From positions 52,330,001 through 52,394,000 of the forward strand of contig NC_045707.1 of the NCBI RefSeq assembly GCF_009834535.1: DNA of 64,000 nt, given 5' to 3'. The notes under the pieces are model-generated. The model saw only the letters and a list, made by a program, of their open reading frames with translations, did not search any database and was not told where the DNA came from. The first letter of the stretch is position 1, and each line of letters opens with the position of its first letter. Positions 12,096 to 25,829 of the stretch are shown piece by piece. The translations under genes were made by a program, and so were the position numbers. The stretch comes from Camelus ferus (lineage: Eukaryota).

Positions 12096-14610
12096 ATACT
12101 CGGCAATGAGCCATTTGTTGACGCTGTAAGACCCAGTAAAATGCTGTATTCTAATATTCCTAACTGCTCAGAGTGAGTAGCAATGTTCATAACCTGTTTC
12201 AGTTTCCAAGTCCTGCCTATAAAGTTATCACCTGAAGGACATGTTCATTTCTTCCAAAGTTAGGATTAACCTAAACCTTATTAATATGTAGGTTGGGAAA
12301 CATTGGAGGATGGTTTCTCCAGTTTAATTAGCCTCTATGCTGATTTATTTTGATAATATAAATAATTAGTTTAACCACAGAATTGATGTAACAGAAATAA
12401 TTGTCAGGCAATTAAGTACTGCACTGCTTTCAACTCTTGGGAAATATATAGTATGTAAATATAGTGATAAAATTCAGATGTACTTGATTTGAAGTACAAA
12501 ACATCTTTTACTTGATTTGTGAAAAATACTTTCATAGATTCGAAGTTCTTCATATCAGAAAACATTTACTAATATAAATTTACTCAGAATAAAGCCTATA
12601 TTAATTCCTGTGTTTTTTTCCCCCTTTATATTGAGCCCCTACATGGTTGTAAAGCTAAAATATTTGTCTGTTTTCTGGAATTCACAAGTGTCAGCAGGCC
12701 ATTGTAATGAGAGGAATGTAATAAATGATGAAAGTGTCGGTAAGTTCAATATAAAATGTGCTGTTTGTTATTTTTCTTTTTTATGAAATTGGATATTTTT
12801 TAAATTCTAGAAAAAATGTATTTTGCTTTTCTACATGTATATCATAAAGAGTGTATTAAAAACAAAACATTAACCATTCTTTTTTTTTTTTTTTTGTTAC
12901 ATTCCCTTAATGTTTTATCATTTTTGTGTGTAGGATTTCTTTAACATTATATAATCAGGTTGGATCTCTTACTAATAATATTTTATGATAATAATAAGAA
13001 TTTTTATGTCTTATCATCAGTGTTCACATTACATATTCACTATCTTATTTTTGGCTTTAACCCAGATGTATGTGCAGACTGATGTTCAAGTATCATTAGA
13101 CTTTCCAAAAGGACATTCTGCAAATAAATCACCAAAGGGACCTGACCTTTAATAGCTCTGCTCTTCTTCAAGAAACACTATCAAAGAATTACTAAAACTT
13201 TCATAACTTCCACTCATTAATTTCAGATGACTACTGCCCACCATAAGGAAATACAATTTTTCTGTTCTTACATGTAAAATACTATACTACAGTAATCTCA
13301 CTGATTTCCATATATCATATATTATGTGCTATATGTATCTGAAACTTCCTTAAGTGTGCAGATGTAATTATTTCAAACTAAAATACAAATTGTATCCTAA
13401 TCAATTACAATAAAATTTAAAATTGAATGAATATATGGGATAAATATTCATTCATTATTGTAAGCCAGCTTTATTTTTAAATAGTTCTACCACATTTTCC
13501 TTCTATCCTATTCAGTCTCCTAGGAATTAAATAATATCCCATCTATTTTTCTATTTTGTACACAATTCAAACATTTATGCTTTCATATTTAACAAGTGAA
13601 CTCCCTTAAAATTTTACTGATGCATTAATTAGTCTTGATCTTGTGTAACAGGTAAGCACAGAAATCTGTATTCTTAAAAAAATCTTATCTACATATTTTA
13701 ATAACATAAAACTAGAGCTCTTTATCAAGATACTAACTTACTAATGGATCATGTTAAGGATCTGGGTATTTGATACAAAGTGTTTTCACAGCCTCATGAG
13801 TATTTCTCTTTCTGTCTTCATAGTGTCCCTATGTGTGTGTGGCATGACAGCACCCAAGCAAATGCAAAACAAAAACAGAAACATAATCTGAGTTTGTTAA
13901 AATCACCAGGATGTACATTTATCTTAAAAATTAACTGAATGGTATATTTATCAGTGTACTTTCTATGTGCAACAAGTTGTAATCTAATTTTGCTAGTTAT
14001 CTATCTCTACTATTAAATATTTATACCATGGAACTTTTATATGATGTATAAAATGAAGGAGCATATTTTATTTCATAAGTAATTATTTTCTTCATGACAT
14101 ATCTTCTTGGCAGTTACAATGTCTGTTATCATTTGTCTACCAGAAATGCAGTTGACATTCCCATTGTCCAAATTCATCTTTCTGATCTGTAATTCAATTT
14201 TATGTCACTTTGCATGGCAATGAATCTTTTTTTTATACACATTTCTATCTAAACCCCCATGTTTTTAGGCAGAAATAAATGAACAGTGTCTTTCACGTTG
14301 GCCCAAAGTACATTTTGACAAATAGTCTTCTTGAATCTAGATTTTTTTCATTTGACTAATATGATTAAATTCCAGATAATACCAGGCGGGGCAATGGCTT
14401 CAAAAAGAGACAACTGAGTGAATCAGTGTTATAAATCAAGTTAATTTGAAACATTATTTTCTAGTTGAAATTTTAAGAGTTTAGAATAATCATATTTCTT
14501 CCTTCATTATTTTGAAGGTGCTAACTTGACTCTTCATTTTAAACTACCCAAATGCCTTTAAAATGAACACATTTGATCTTTTGCATAGCAACAATATTAT
14601 TAATTGCATC

Positions 14611-14660
14611 TTATTTTATGTAGCAATTTTTATTTTATGTAGCAATTTTTATTTTATGTA
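14611..14660. repeat. 19-bp tandem repeat, ~2.6 copies
   Basis: ttattttatgtagcaattt twice plus ttattttatgta. Confidence 0.92.
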
Positions 14661-14850
14661 ATATGTTTCATACATTGCCCCATTTAATCCCTATATCAAC
14701 TTTTTTTGGTGTAAGTAGCATTGCTGTTCTTACTCTATACGTGAACGTTACTGATTTTCTGAAGTTCTTACAGATAGTAGGTGCTGGAGCCAGATCTGAA
14801 GGCTGGAGCTTTTGAACCCAAATTTAGAACCTGTACCCTATACCGCACAC
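14660..14850 (-). mobile_element. Degenerate MIR
   Basis: catttaatccctatatcaac...acagatagtaggtgctggagccagatctgaa. Confidence 0.5.
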
Positions 14851-16084
14851 TAACTTGCTACTCAGAGTAATTAAATAATCAAACCAACAGTCATGAAAGT
14901 CAGAACTCAGAAGGAAATACTGAATGTATGGTCTATGAAATGTCTCTTCAGGTATTTTCAACTTTTAGAATTCTCATTGTGTCATACAATAAAAACAGTT
15001 TTTTGTTACTGGAAATCTGAAAGGATTATAACAACTATTTGCCTTGAATCCGTTATTCAGAAGGACATGAACCAACATAATGGCACACAGGGGCACTGTT
15101 GGTGACCTTCCTTTCCCTAAAGGTGGGGATGAATGCGGTGAATTTCTCTCCCTCTGTCTCCAGGAGGGTGTACCATTTGCATGCTGAGCTGCACAGCTTT
15201 CAAAGGGCTTGCCCTGGGGTCTGACTGGGCTGGATTTAGAAGGAGCTGGTCATTGAATAGCTCTGGTATTTCTTGCATCTCACAGTTATGTGGCTGACAG
15301 CTCCTTTTGGTGGGGGAAAGCTTGGATATATTTCAAGGTGATTGTAGTTTTGTCCCTCTGGCAGCAAGCTGCTGCAACCAGCTTAGCCCATTATCCTCCT
15401 CTCCCACTGGATTTAAGCCCGGGGAGAAGTCTCGGGCTTTTGTCAGGATAGAAGGTAGAAGATGGATAATTATTCCCTGTTTGTGCTCAAAGAGGACAGC
15501 ACTATATTACAAAGTAGCCTTCAATTACTGAAATGGACTTGTCTACAAGTCCAGTGACTTATAAATTATTCTTTGTAAAAACCAAAATTTAACGTTGTTT
15601 TTTAGTGATGTTACATTTCTAATATCTCACACTTTAAGCTTTATTTCACAAAACTTTGGAGGTACTGTTTAACATTCAGAGAGTAAAGTGCATTTTCATT
15701 TTTAAATTTTATTAGAAGATTTAAAAATACACGTGGCTGCTCTGACAAATTGATTGAAAGCTCCACTGTATAATTGTGTACATTGTAATTTTTCTCAACT
15801 CGACTTTCTTCATCTCATGGGATAGTTCTGTAAAATCAAGTCAAAGTAATTAGAAAATTTTAAATTCCAGATGATGTAGTTGTATTAATGTTTGTGGAAT
15901 ACCTTTTATAAATACTGTTATTTAATAAACATATCTGAAAGATGAAATTCCCACAGATCCTAATTAATTACTTATGTAAGTCATCCTTAGCATATTTGGG
16001 AGGTGCTGTTTTCAGTTGGCCATCCTCCAGTAGCTCAGCATCTCCCCTTTTCAGTTAAAATTATAGTCAGAGATGAGCATTTCA

Positions 16085-16372
16085 ATTTGCAGCTGACAGT
16101 TTAGGGTTAAGATATGATTCCAGGTAACAGAAGCCAATGAGAGTACACCCAGTTGATGTTTGTGACATCATCCTCCAGTCGGAGTACATAGAAGAGCTGA
16201 GGTAGCGTTCAGTTTCAGCCCCAGTGCCATTATGATGGATGTTTACATCTCCTCTTTGAGAGCCAATTATCTCGCTTTTGTGTGAGGCCCGGGGATCACT
16301 CAGGCTGCCAGGCTGCACACAGCACTGTTGGATTGTAGCTGAACGAATTGTTTTTCCCTGTCTCTGGTAAGA
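16085..16372 (+). promoter_or_regulatory. Candidate non-CpG-island promoter and non-coding first exon of an unidentified transcript
   Basis: CCAAT at 16134-16138, CRE/AP-1-like TGACATCA at 16163-16170, locally raised GC, forkhead TGTTTAC at 16240-16246, donor CTG|GTAAGA at 16366/16367. Confidence 0.4.
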
Positions 16373-19084
16373 GCCTCTTCTGTTTTACCTTCTCTTTCAA
16401 AATAAAGGTAGATGTGTCTAACAGGGGAAACAGTGTAAGAAACTGGTGTCAGGGTTGAACAGGATTACTATTCGGCAAGCTTTTAATCAGAGCAATGTTT
16501 AGCAGTTTTAAAGGAAGTGTGGATTGAGCAAAATGAATTGAAAAAAGCATGCTAACATGTACCTGGCAAACTAATTTGTAGTTGAAAATGAATGGCAGGT
16601 AATTCAGCTTTTCTTTAGCAAAAGGGAAGTAACTTCTATTAGGCGATTGTTATTTTGAATGTGTTTTTAAAAATTTATGTGTATATGTTTAACACTCTGC
16701 TCCATTTCTTTATAATTTGCTATTAGCAGCAAAGAGTAGAAGTAGAAATGATCAACCAGGTAGTGTTCCTATAAGTTTAAAATGAGTCAAAGTTTCTCAT
16801 TGTTAAATGATAGTTCTTTGGGACAGTTTTCCAAAGTTGTACCTATACCAGAAAACAGAATTTACCAAGTGAGCAAAGGCTTTAGCTTTTGAAATGAAGT
16901 TATAGTACTTTGCATTCATGTTTATTATTTTTAACCTGGGAAATGATAATAACAAACAGTTTTAAGGAATAGACTGTTTTTTTTTTCCTGGAATTGAGAG
17001 ATGTTAAAACCATTGATTGCATTAGGTGCTTTTGAATGCATAACAAAATTATGTGTTTTACTTATCTGCAGAATATTTAATCCCTGAATTAAAGCTTTCA
17101 CTTATTTAATCACTTACTAGTAGTGAAATTACACCTGAGGATCCTTACAGTATTGTAGCAAAACAAATATATTTACAGCTCTTGAATTACTATGGACATA
17201 GATGATTAAATCTGGCAGGAATCCTGAAAAATCAGATAAAATAAAAGCTTTTAATTGACTGAGAATGTTCACATGCTACCAAATGAAGAATTCAAACACA
17301 CTTTTAACTCCTTTAATATTGCCTGTTATCATGGTATAAAGCAGCAGTCTTTTGTTATCTCAAAGTTGAATGCAGTTATTTATGAAATGTAGGCACAGAA
17401 AAGTGTAAATAGCTGTTGTTTAATAACATCTCCATCTCTGCTAGGGTAATAAAACTTTTGAATCACGACTTGTCCGTCAGGCTGTGATTTGCTCACGCTT
17501 TTCAGATTTATTTTTCACTCTGCTTTAAGAGAGACTGTTTGTGCCTGTGCAAACCATGAATTTGGATAGTTAGACATCAGGGTTTGGAGGTGCTCACCTT
17601 GTGTTCAAAGACAGCGGGAGCTTCTCGACCATGTCACACTTCTCTGTCTTCTACCAGCCCAGTCCTGTTTGGCAGTGCTTGATGTTAACTGTTGCTTGAT
17701 TCAATTCCAGTCTGAGCAAAACTGAGTTTGTAGAAAGAGTCAGATGTGTATTAATGGCACCTAAAGAACGGAGCTTGTCGTCTCAGCCAAAACACTATAT
17801 AATCTACCAAACCTCAAAAGCTTACAAATGTGCATCTGGGATTAACATTTACGGGGAGATTTATGTTGGCGTATGCTGTGAATTTCAAAATCTAAAAGTG
17901 AGAATCCATAAGTTTTGATAACGTGAACTCGAAAGCATAATGGTTCATTGCTTTGAAGTGGTTTTTTTTTTTTCCATTAAGTACTTTAAAGTGCAGTTGA
18001 ATAACCCAAAGGTATTGACTCAGTCATTTTCACAGGTGATCAATCTTGACCAAGGGAAAGCATTTGTTTCCTAACAATTAATTCTCTAAAAATCGATTTA
18101 TATCATTGTGTCAACAATGAAGAAAATCTTACTCAGCTAATTAACAGTCTAGACGTTTAAAACTATTTTCTGCTGTGTGTAAGTGCTTTTCTCAGTATTA
18201 TTGTCTCTAATCACAAACGTACTGCTTCACTGCTTTGGTAGTGATGACGGTGTTAAAATTGCTTATCTTCTTGTTTTCCTTTGAACAACTTTGTACAACA
18301 TGGATATACATGATATCGTCTACCTGGATGGTAGACTTTATTGACAGAAAGTTTTTGCTTTGAATTTTAATTTTTTAGAGAAAGGACGTCAGTGAGTTCA
18401 TAGCAGTTTTCCAAGCCACAAACTCCCTAGGAAGAATTCTTAGCATGGGGCACCATAGGTGGAAGATGTGTGATGCTACAAGTATGGCTGTGTTACTTGC
18501 CTCCTTTCTAACACATATGTTCTTTGTCTGAGTTCAGTCATCATTTTTTTTTTGCATTTTTCTTCTCTGTATTGTCTTATCCAATTCTTTGCACCTGGTG
18601 TACCAAGTTAAATGTTATTAAGTGACAGGTTTTACAGATCTTAACAAGAGTTGGGAAAAGTGCACAGTGATAAAAAAGATTCCTGTTACCCTTTCTGAAG
18701 TTGTCTGCATTTCCCAGAGGCTGAGGGTGATATTTTGTTTTCTTCTGAAAATGGCTACTAAAATTATGATATTATCACTTACTCCAAAATAACTCTCTTA
18801 TTTCCCTTCTTATATGTTTCTTGTATGCTTTAAACTTATGTAAGCACCTTCATTAGCACCTTTTAATTATTTAATGCATCGTACCATTTAGTTTTCAACT
18901 TTCTCAGTTGAAGTACTTGGATATGTCATGAATTCTGTGCTTGTCTTAACAGTGTGAAATTCTGGATTTCCATGGCCAACTTTTTAGTGAAGCCCAAAAT
19001 ACAGTAACCACAGTGTCAGCTTAGCTTAGGCTTGTATTAATATGTGAATGCATGGAGACTTAGGTGTATATTTTATATACATGA

Positions 19085-19320
19085 GCATAGTGTTTATAAG
19101 CACTTTAAAAATTTAACAGTTGTTTTTGTGGACATAATATCATTCATTCTTAATAACTGATCTGTGATAAGGTAATTGATATTATTACCTGCTAATAACA
19201 CTGCTTACCTGCTGCTAAGGAAACAGAGACTAATGGTTTTTAACTTGTTGCCAAAGATCACCCAGTCAGTAAATCAGTAAATGGAGAAGACTCAGGAATG
19301 AGTTTTCAAAATTCAATGCC
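19085..19320 (-). mobile_element. Degenerate MIR
   Basis: taaggaaacagagact...aacttgttgccaaagatcacccagtcagtaaat. Confidence 0.6.
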
Positions 19321-21114
19321 CCAGTCAATCAATATCTTTCTCTCTCCCTCCCACCCTCCATATACCTGGATATTTAACTAGTTTTTGTTGTTGTTATTCT
19401 TGCTTTGCTTTTATTGTCTGCTCTGTGTCATGTATTCTTCTAGGTGCTTGGGATGTATTTATCACTGAACAACATAAAATATCCTTGCTCTTGTGCATGC
19501 TGTCTGTTTTCCTATCTGGCAAGGTCTCCTCTGATAAATTACTAAAAATATAGAATGTATTTCAAGGTGTGGCAGAATAAAACAGAGAACTTGCTGAAAA
19601 ACAGGAAACATGAGTGGAGGTATGGACTTATTTGCTTTTCTTGTGTTTCTATGTGTCCTTAAGTTCTCAGTTATGTTCTAACCAAAATAGATTTGTAAAA
19701 CTTTGCATTTGGATATTGTGAAGCTGTCAGTTATTTTATAATTTACATTTTAATCCCAAATGTGATCACTACAACTTTACAAAAATAAAATGCTTAAATT
19801 ACAATGGATTCCAAAAAAACACTTTTGGACAAAGTTATTTAGTATTGTGAAGTACATTCAAACAATCTATCTTTATACTCATCCTCTGTAATAAAGTTCT
19901 TGATGGTCATAATTCATTGAGTTTACAATTGTTTTGCTTTAGACAGAGTTTAGATAGATTAAATAGAAGAGTGAGAAATGGATGAATTTTGTCTTTGTTT
20001 GAAGTTTAAAAATTAAATTGTGTTTGAATAAAGCATAGTAGAGATAATCTGAAATTTTACACCCATTTTTTCAGTAGGTTGGCATATATTAATACTAGTT
20101 TCTAGGACAGTTGAACTGAAACTGAGATTTACTACTCATTGAATTTATTTACAGACGTCCAGTGATTTAAAGGAACAAAAAAGAGAAGCCTGAAATCTAA
20201 CCTCCTCAGAAAAAATCAATCTGTACATAGAACCTATCAGTTGAAGATAAACCATTTTTAGATGGTATCATTTAATTAGCCACTGAAGAGTCTATCTAGT
20301 GACATGCACATAAATTGTAAAACAACTCAAAGTTGCCTGAACACACTTGATTTAGCACAAAATATTTTACTCTTGTTAATATTGCATAATAAGACAATTA
20401 TATCCCTGAACTTAATCCCTTTGCTAATGTGCATTTGAAATGTGCAGAGTGAGGGAGTGAAATGAAAATGCAATAATTAAGAGTATGAATAGGCTAAATT
20501 CAAGGGATATTAAGCCATGGGTGTTTTGCCCAAAACAAGTTTTACAAGACATTAGGCCTTGAATTCAGCTAATTATTCCTAAGATTATTCCAGAATTAAT
20601 TTTTGTGATCTATTATTTCTATTGAAGTATACATAATTAGTTTTAATAATGTTTGTGATAAAATATAAACTGACATCAAAGTGGGTGTTTTAAATGTAAA
20701 ATTCTATTAAATGCAGAGGATTACTCGTTTTGTAATACTGATTTTAGTGGCAAGGAACTGAGTGTAATATAAGGACTGTCTTGGTCACAATCCTTGTTTG
20801 AAAGTGGCTCCTTTGTCCTCATACCACGACATTGTAAAAGTCTCAGAGGGGTACTTGAATCACTTTGAAAAACATATTTGGGCTAAAATAGCATATACAC
20901 ATTGGTCCTGCCAAGTCAGAGCTGGGTGAAGTTTATAATGTGGAGCAGAGCATGGTAAAATCTGCTGTGACTGAGTGAGAGGTGTGATGGAAAGTTAAGT
21001 TCCAGCAACTCTTCTCAACTTTAAGCGCATGAGAGACTGTGTTTGGATAAGCAAAGAGTTCTGCTCAGCAGAGCCACCAGAGAGGACACTTTTTGTTTGC
21101 TTCCTTGTGCGTTT

Positions 21115-21335
21115 GCCCACATTGTGGTGAGAATATGGCGTCTGGGGCGAGACTACCTGAGTACGAGTTCTTGCTCCACCCCCTTCAGGCCTTCATTTCT
21201 TCATATAAAAACTGGGAGAAATTAAAGTACCTACCTCGTAGGGTCATTGAGAAAATTTTGTTGAGCAAATCTTAGGAGCATTGGGAACAGTGTCTGGCAT
21301 ACAGTATGTGCTCAGCCATTGTTGCCACCTTCTAA
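21115..21335 (+). mobile_element. MIR
   Basis: gtacctacctcgtagggtcattgagaaaatt...aacagtgtctggcatacagtatgtgctcag. Confidence 0.8.
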
Positions 21336-21362
21336 GATTTTTATTGTTACTGACTTGCTTAG

Positions 21363-21364
<2 letters not shown>

Positions 21365-21400
<36 letters not shown>
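21365..21400. repeat. (GT)18 microsatellite
   Basis: Directly visible. Confidence 0.97.
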
Positions 21401-21403
<3 letters not shown>

Positions 21404-22314
21404 AAGTAATTCAGGAGTTTCATTAAAAAATAGTTTTTACAAACAGAAAAATTCTGGTCTGCCACAAAAACATTGGGAACTAATCATATTAATTACTCTT
21501 TAAAACTTGAAACTGATTTCAGGAGATTTTAGTACTAGATACAGCCTTATCACTTATTGCATGTAAGTTTTCTGATATGTCTTAGATTTCACATTTTTAA
21601 CATAAAAAAATGAATTAAATAAATATAGATTAAATACCTTTTAGGAGCTTTTTCCAACTTTAACATTACTTGATACAGGACATCATTATGTGTGTGTATA
21701 CATACATACATGTATGTATAGATATACCTATATGTGTATAACGCAAATGGAAAATTCTATAGCTTTGCCTTCTACTTTTTACTCTATTTTACTGTATTTG
21801 TCTTTACCCTTTTATTCTATTATTTTCTGTGAGTTGATGAAAGTTTCAAACTTGCAGTTATAAAAGGTTTAATTTATTCTGATATATGTATGTGTATAAA
21901 AAGGTCAACACTCTAATACTTTCCAACAGCTTATGGTCTCATGTGGATGATGAAATGGTGATAGAATTAGGCTAAAGTCCTTTTCTAACTCATGCTTTTC
22001 TGGTTCCCCAACACACCCTAAAAGGCAAAATAAATGTTTTCATTTTTAAAATCTGTGTGTGTTGTGCGTGTGTGTGTGTAGTTTATTTTGTTCTGTTTTA
22101 GTGGAGTATCTACCATGTGTCCAACATTACATCAAGAGAGATACAAATAGAAAAGGATAAAAATATTAAGTTCCCCAGAGTTCATAATCTTGTAGAATCA
22201 ATATGTTAATGTATGTGTAAAACATAAAAAAAAAAAAAATCCAGTCATTTTACTAAGGTGTTTTTTCTCCTTTTCTTCTAAATGCTCTTACTCTACAAAT
22301 TATTTTTTTAAATA

Positions 22315-22700
22315 CACACTACTACTGAGCACCTACGGCATGTCAACAATGAACAAACCACCACCACTGCTGTGAAGGGCTCGTGGTCTAGAGGTCAACA
22401 CAAAGTCGAATATAAATAATTATACAACATTGTGATAAGTTTTATATTAGAGGTATGCCCAGAGTCCTGAGGGAGCAGAGGCGAGAAGTGACTTATTCTA
22501 CCTGTAAAAATTAGAAAAAGCTTTCCAAAATAAGCCATCATTTATCTGACTTTTAAAAAATGAGTAGAGTATTTTCCAGGTCGAGATCAGACAGAGGTGC
22601 CTCCAGGAAGTACAAAGGCAGAATGGGAGGAGAAGGCACAGTGTGTTCAGGTAAGGACCAGTGTTTGGTAGGACCGGAGGCAGGGACGAAGGGAAGCTAA
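22315..22700 (-). mobile_element. L2 remnant
   Basis: tactgagcacctacggcatgtca...gataagttttatattagaggtatg...aagtacaaaggcagaatgg. Confidence 0.7.
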
Positions 22701-23199
22701 TTAGCACCTAATTATCAGAACAAATACTGGTTGTGAAAAACCAGTAGGGACAACCTGGTCGTAACTGCGTAAGTATAAGCCTTGGGTAGAAGGTTAAATT
22801 GAGTTTGTTCCTGAATTTAAATACTGTGGAAAGTCTGTGAAAAGGGAGTTGAACAAAGTACAGCGACTCAGAATGAGAGGCCTTTGATTCAGACAAAAGA
22901 ACTAAATCTAAACTATTAGGACCGCCTGCTAGCTTTAGATCAGGAAGGAAGAGATAGTACTAAGGGTCGGAAATCAACACAAAGCTTGACATGGAAGAAT
23001 AAATCTGAGCATGACATTCGTGTTTTTCCCTCTCCCCATAGCCTCTCTTCATCCCCTTGTCACCTGAAATTCCTTGGTAGCTTTCCATTACTTGCAAGCT
23101 AATGACAAAACTAATCCAGTTTGCAAGGCCCAGCATGGTTGCTGTGTGCATGCTGGGAACATTTGCCTTCTTTTTGCTTCTCTTACAATTTCTTCTTTG

Positions 23200-23550
23200 C
23201 CCCACCACTGAGACTTAGCTCATGCCAGTCCTTCTGGTTAGCAGGTTCCTCTCGTATATTGAACTCCTACTCATCATTCAGATCTCTATTAAAGAGTTGC
23301 ATCCTTAAGGTATTCCTCCTTGAGTTCCTTGACAGGGTCAAATCTTCCTATTATAGTCTCTTGCAATAATATTTAACACTGGCAAGAGTTGGAGTTAGAG
23401 GATTTCTTGGTTAATAAAGTTATTAATTCCAGTCTTCCCCATTCGACTTTAATCTTTATGAAAATAATGGCAGAATCTGTTTTGAGTCATCACTGGATCT
23501 CCAGCATCTGGCATAATGTTTGGGTAAGGATAGCAGCTGCGTAAATGGTG
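23200..23550 (+). mobile_element. L2 3' remnant
   Basis: ctcctactcatcattcagatctc...catcactggatctccagcatctggcataatg. Confidence 0.6.
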
Positions 23551-25589
23551 CAGGCACTTAGAGGCTTGCAAGAAATGTATTTGCCCCAGGGGAAAACAAA
23601 GGCACTGAGTTGCAAGTGAATTTTAATTATAAAATGAAAAGTCGAATGGACTTTCCTGGAGTATTAAAATATTTGCCCAGCTCTGCAGCCTCCTGCTCAC
23701 TAATGTGTGAACAATTCATAGGTTACGCACTTTGAGTTATATCTCAAATTTTAATATAAATATAGCAAGAGTCCTTTGGAACACATGGATATTTGAAGGA
23801 TACGCAGAGGTGTAGAACTGGCAAAGTATATAATGGCTAAGTGACCAAATGTATAACTTGCACCAGGTATAACTGGTGTTACTGAAAACAGAAAAAAAAA
23901 AAAAGTGTAATTGAGAATGCAGTGGCCAACCAGATAAAAGGCAACGGAAAGGCTCAAAATATAGGAACAAGGAAAACTTCACTTTAAATTGAAGAGAAGG
24001 TCACTGGTGGCCTTAAAGAAAGGAATTTGAGATGCTAGACAGCAAAGAGTTCGGCAAGAAATTGATTGTCAGGAATAGAAGTCATGTTCAAGCAATTTAG
24101 AACTGAAAAGGAATAAAGACCCACCGGACATAACTGTCAAACGATGACTCCTTCATAAATGGAAAAATGTTATTAGTTGGATGGGTGTGTGAAATACTGA
24201 GTAACAGTTACCCTTTTAAGTTGATCTTCATAACTTATACCAAACATACTTATAAGGTTTACAATATCATCATGGTTAGAAGAAAAGGACAACAATATAT
24301 CTAAAGATGTAGAAAATTGTGGGGATTATTGACTGAGCAGTTAACTTATTCTCATAAAAATGATTGTTTCAATTGAAGCTATTTATAAGCATCTTTGTAG
24401 ACAATAAAGAACTCTTGCCTTGTAAGAAAATAAAAAAATAAACCTCCTGACGTTAAGACTTGGGCCCTCCAGGGAGCCACAGAATATTCAAAAAGAAGCG
24501 ATGCTATACCAGAAAATACCTGTAGCCTGCTAAATAGAAGAGTTCCACACCTAAAGAGGCTGGAGAAATCAGCTGAAGCCCAAAGAGAGAAATATACGCA
24601 GTGGATACAGGTTAAATATCTATATGATTAGCAAGAATACTGTACTACAAATACAAATATGAATACAAAATAAATGTATATACATAGAAAATTGTGTATC
24701 TTTATGTATGCAAAAATACACATTTAGTGTTAGAAAATTTTGTTTTCAAAGTTGGCTACAGACTGAGCTATTTATTTTGGTAGCTCTACAGTGATTATAG
24801 AATTCTTCTTAAGAAGAGATTTCTGATTTGCTTAGAAAACAGCCACTTTGATTAATTTACTTGTTCTTGTGGTTTGGGGGAAGGGCAGGGCATCTTTAAA
24901 TAGTCAAGTCAAGAGAGAAATGATAGCTTTCCTCTTTGCGAAACAGTCTGAAAAGCAAAGCAACAGGATTTGACTGCTAACTCCAGCAGCCTACATGGGA
25001 GGAGGAGGGTGATGCACTATGGGTTCAGAGAATAGGGTGGTCAGAAGTGGGTTTTGAAATGGGAAAAGTTGGCCACAGTGCTGTGCCTAGGGAAACTCAT
25101 GGCCACCTACATGTAGTAAAGAGGTTCTTTCAGCAACATTTTGTAGTCAGACTATACCGAGGAGGACTAGACTCCAGAGAAGAGAGAGAGCACAGGAACC
25201 CAAAAGCCACCTGGGGATACTCATGGAGTAAAAAAATAGGAAGAAGTCTAAAGACAAGAGGCAAAGTGTGGTGTCTGAGGTCTGAGCTGTGGGATCTAGG
25301 CAAGGGGACAGAGATCAGACTCTAGTTTTTCAAAAATCTAGGGAAGCAGAGCCTCAGTGTGGAAACCTGGCTTGCTAACAAGGGACCTATCGACTGGGAA
25401 AGGGCTGACTGGTTCCTACTTATGGGCAAGTTCTCAAGGACTGGACGGGGATTCTGAGGTCATAGAAATTTCAGCATCTGGGATGGGTTGGGACCTCAGG
25501 ATTAGGTTGGTGCCTCTATTAGTGAAGGATAGAGGCCTGAGCTGAAGCCCCACCATCTGGTTTATTCATCTGAGTTAGATGAGGGCGTG

Positions 25590-25790
25590 AGAGTTGGGGG
25601 TTAAGACTGTCAGCTGCACATTAATTCCTGGCTGCACCATTTACCAGCAGTATGGCCAAGGGCAAAGCACTTAACGTCTCTTCGTCTCAGGTGCATCTGA
25701 GGAATGCTGTGAAAATCCAATGAGATGATATATACCATCCATTTAGCACAACACTGGTACCCAGTACCTGCTGGATAACTGCTGTACCTT
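25590..25790 (+). mobile_element. MIR
   Basis: attcctggctgcaccatttaccagcagtatggccaagggcaaagcacttaacgtctcttcgtctcag. Confidence 0.75.
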
Positions 25791-25829
25791 ATCATCAACT
25801 AACCTGCAAACTCTGTGCTTCAATTCCGC

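Noticed and set aside
9878..14660. Short direct repeats as a CRISPR-like array
   Set aside because: Only 2-3 adjacent copies with no unique spacers, in mammalian DNA.
16195..16206. TGAGGTAG, the let-7 5' end
   Set aside because: The match stops at 8 nt and there is no hairpin.
24250..24700. Possible very old L1 ORF2 remnant
   Set aside because: Similarity too weak to support by eye.
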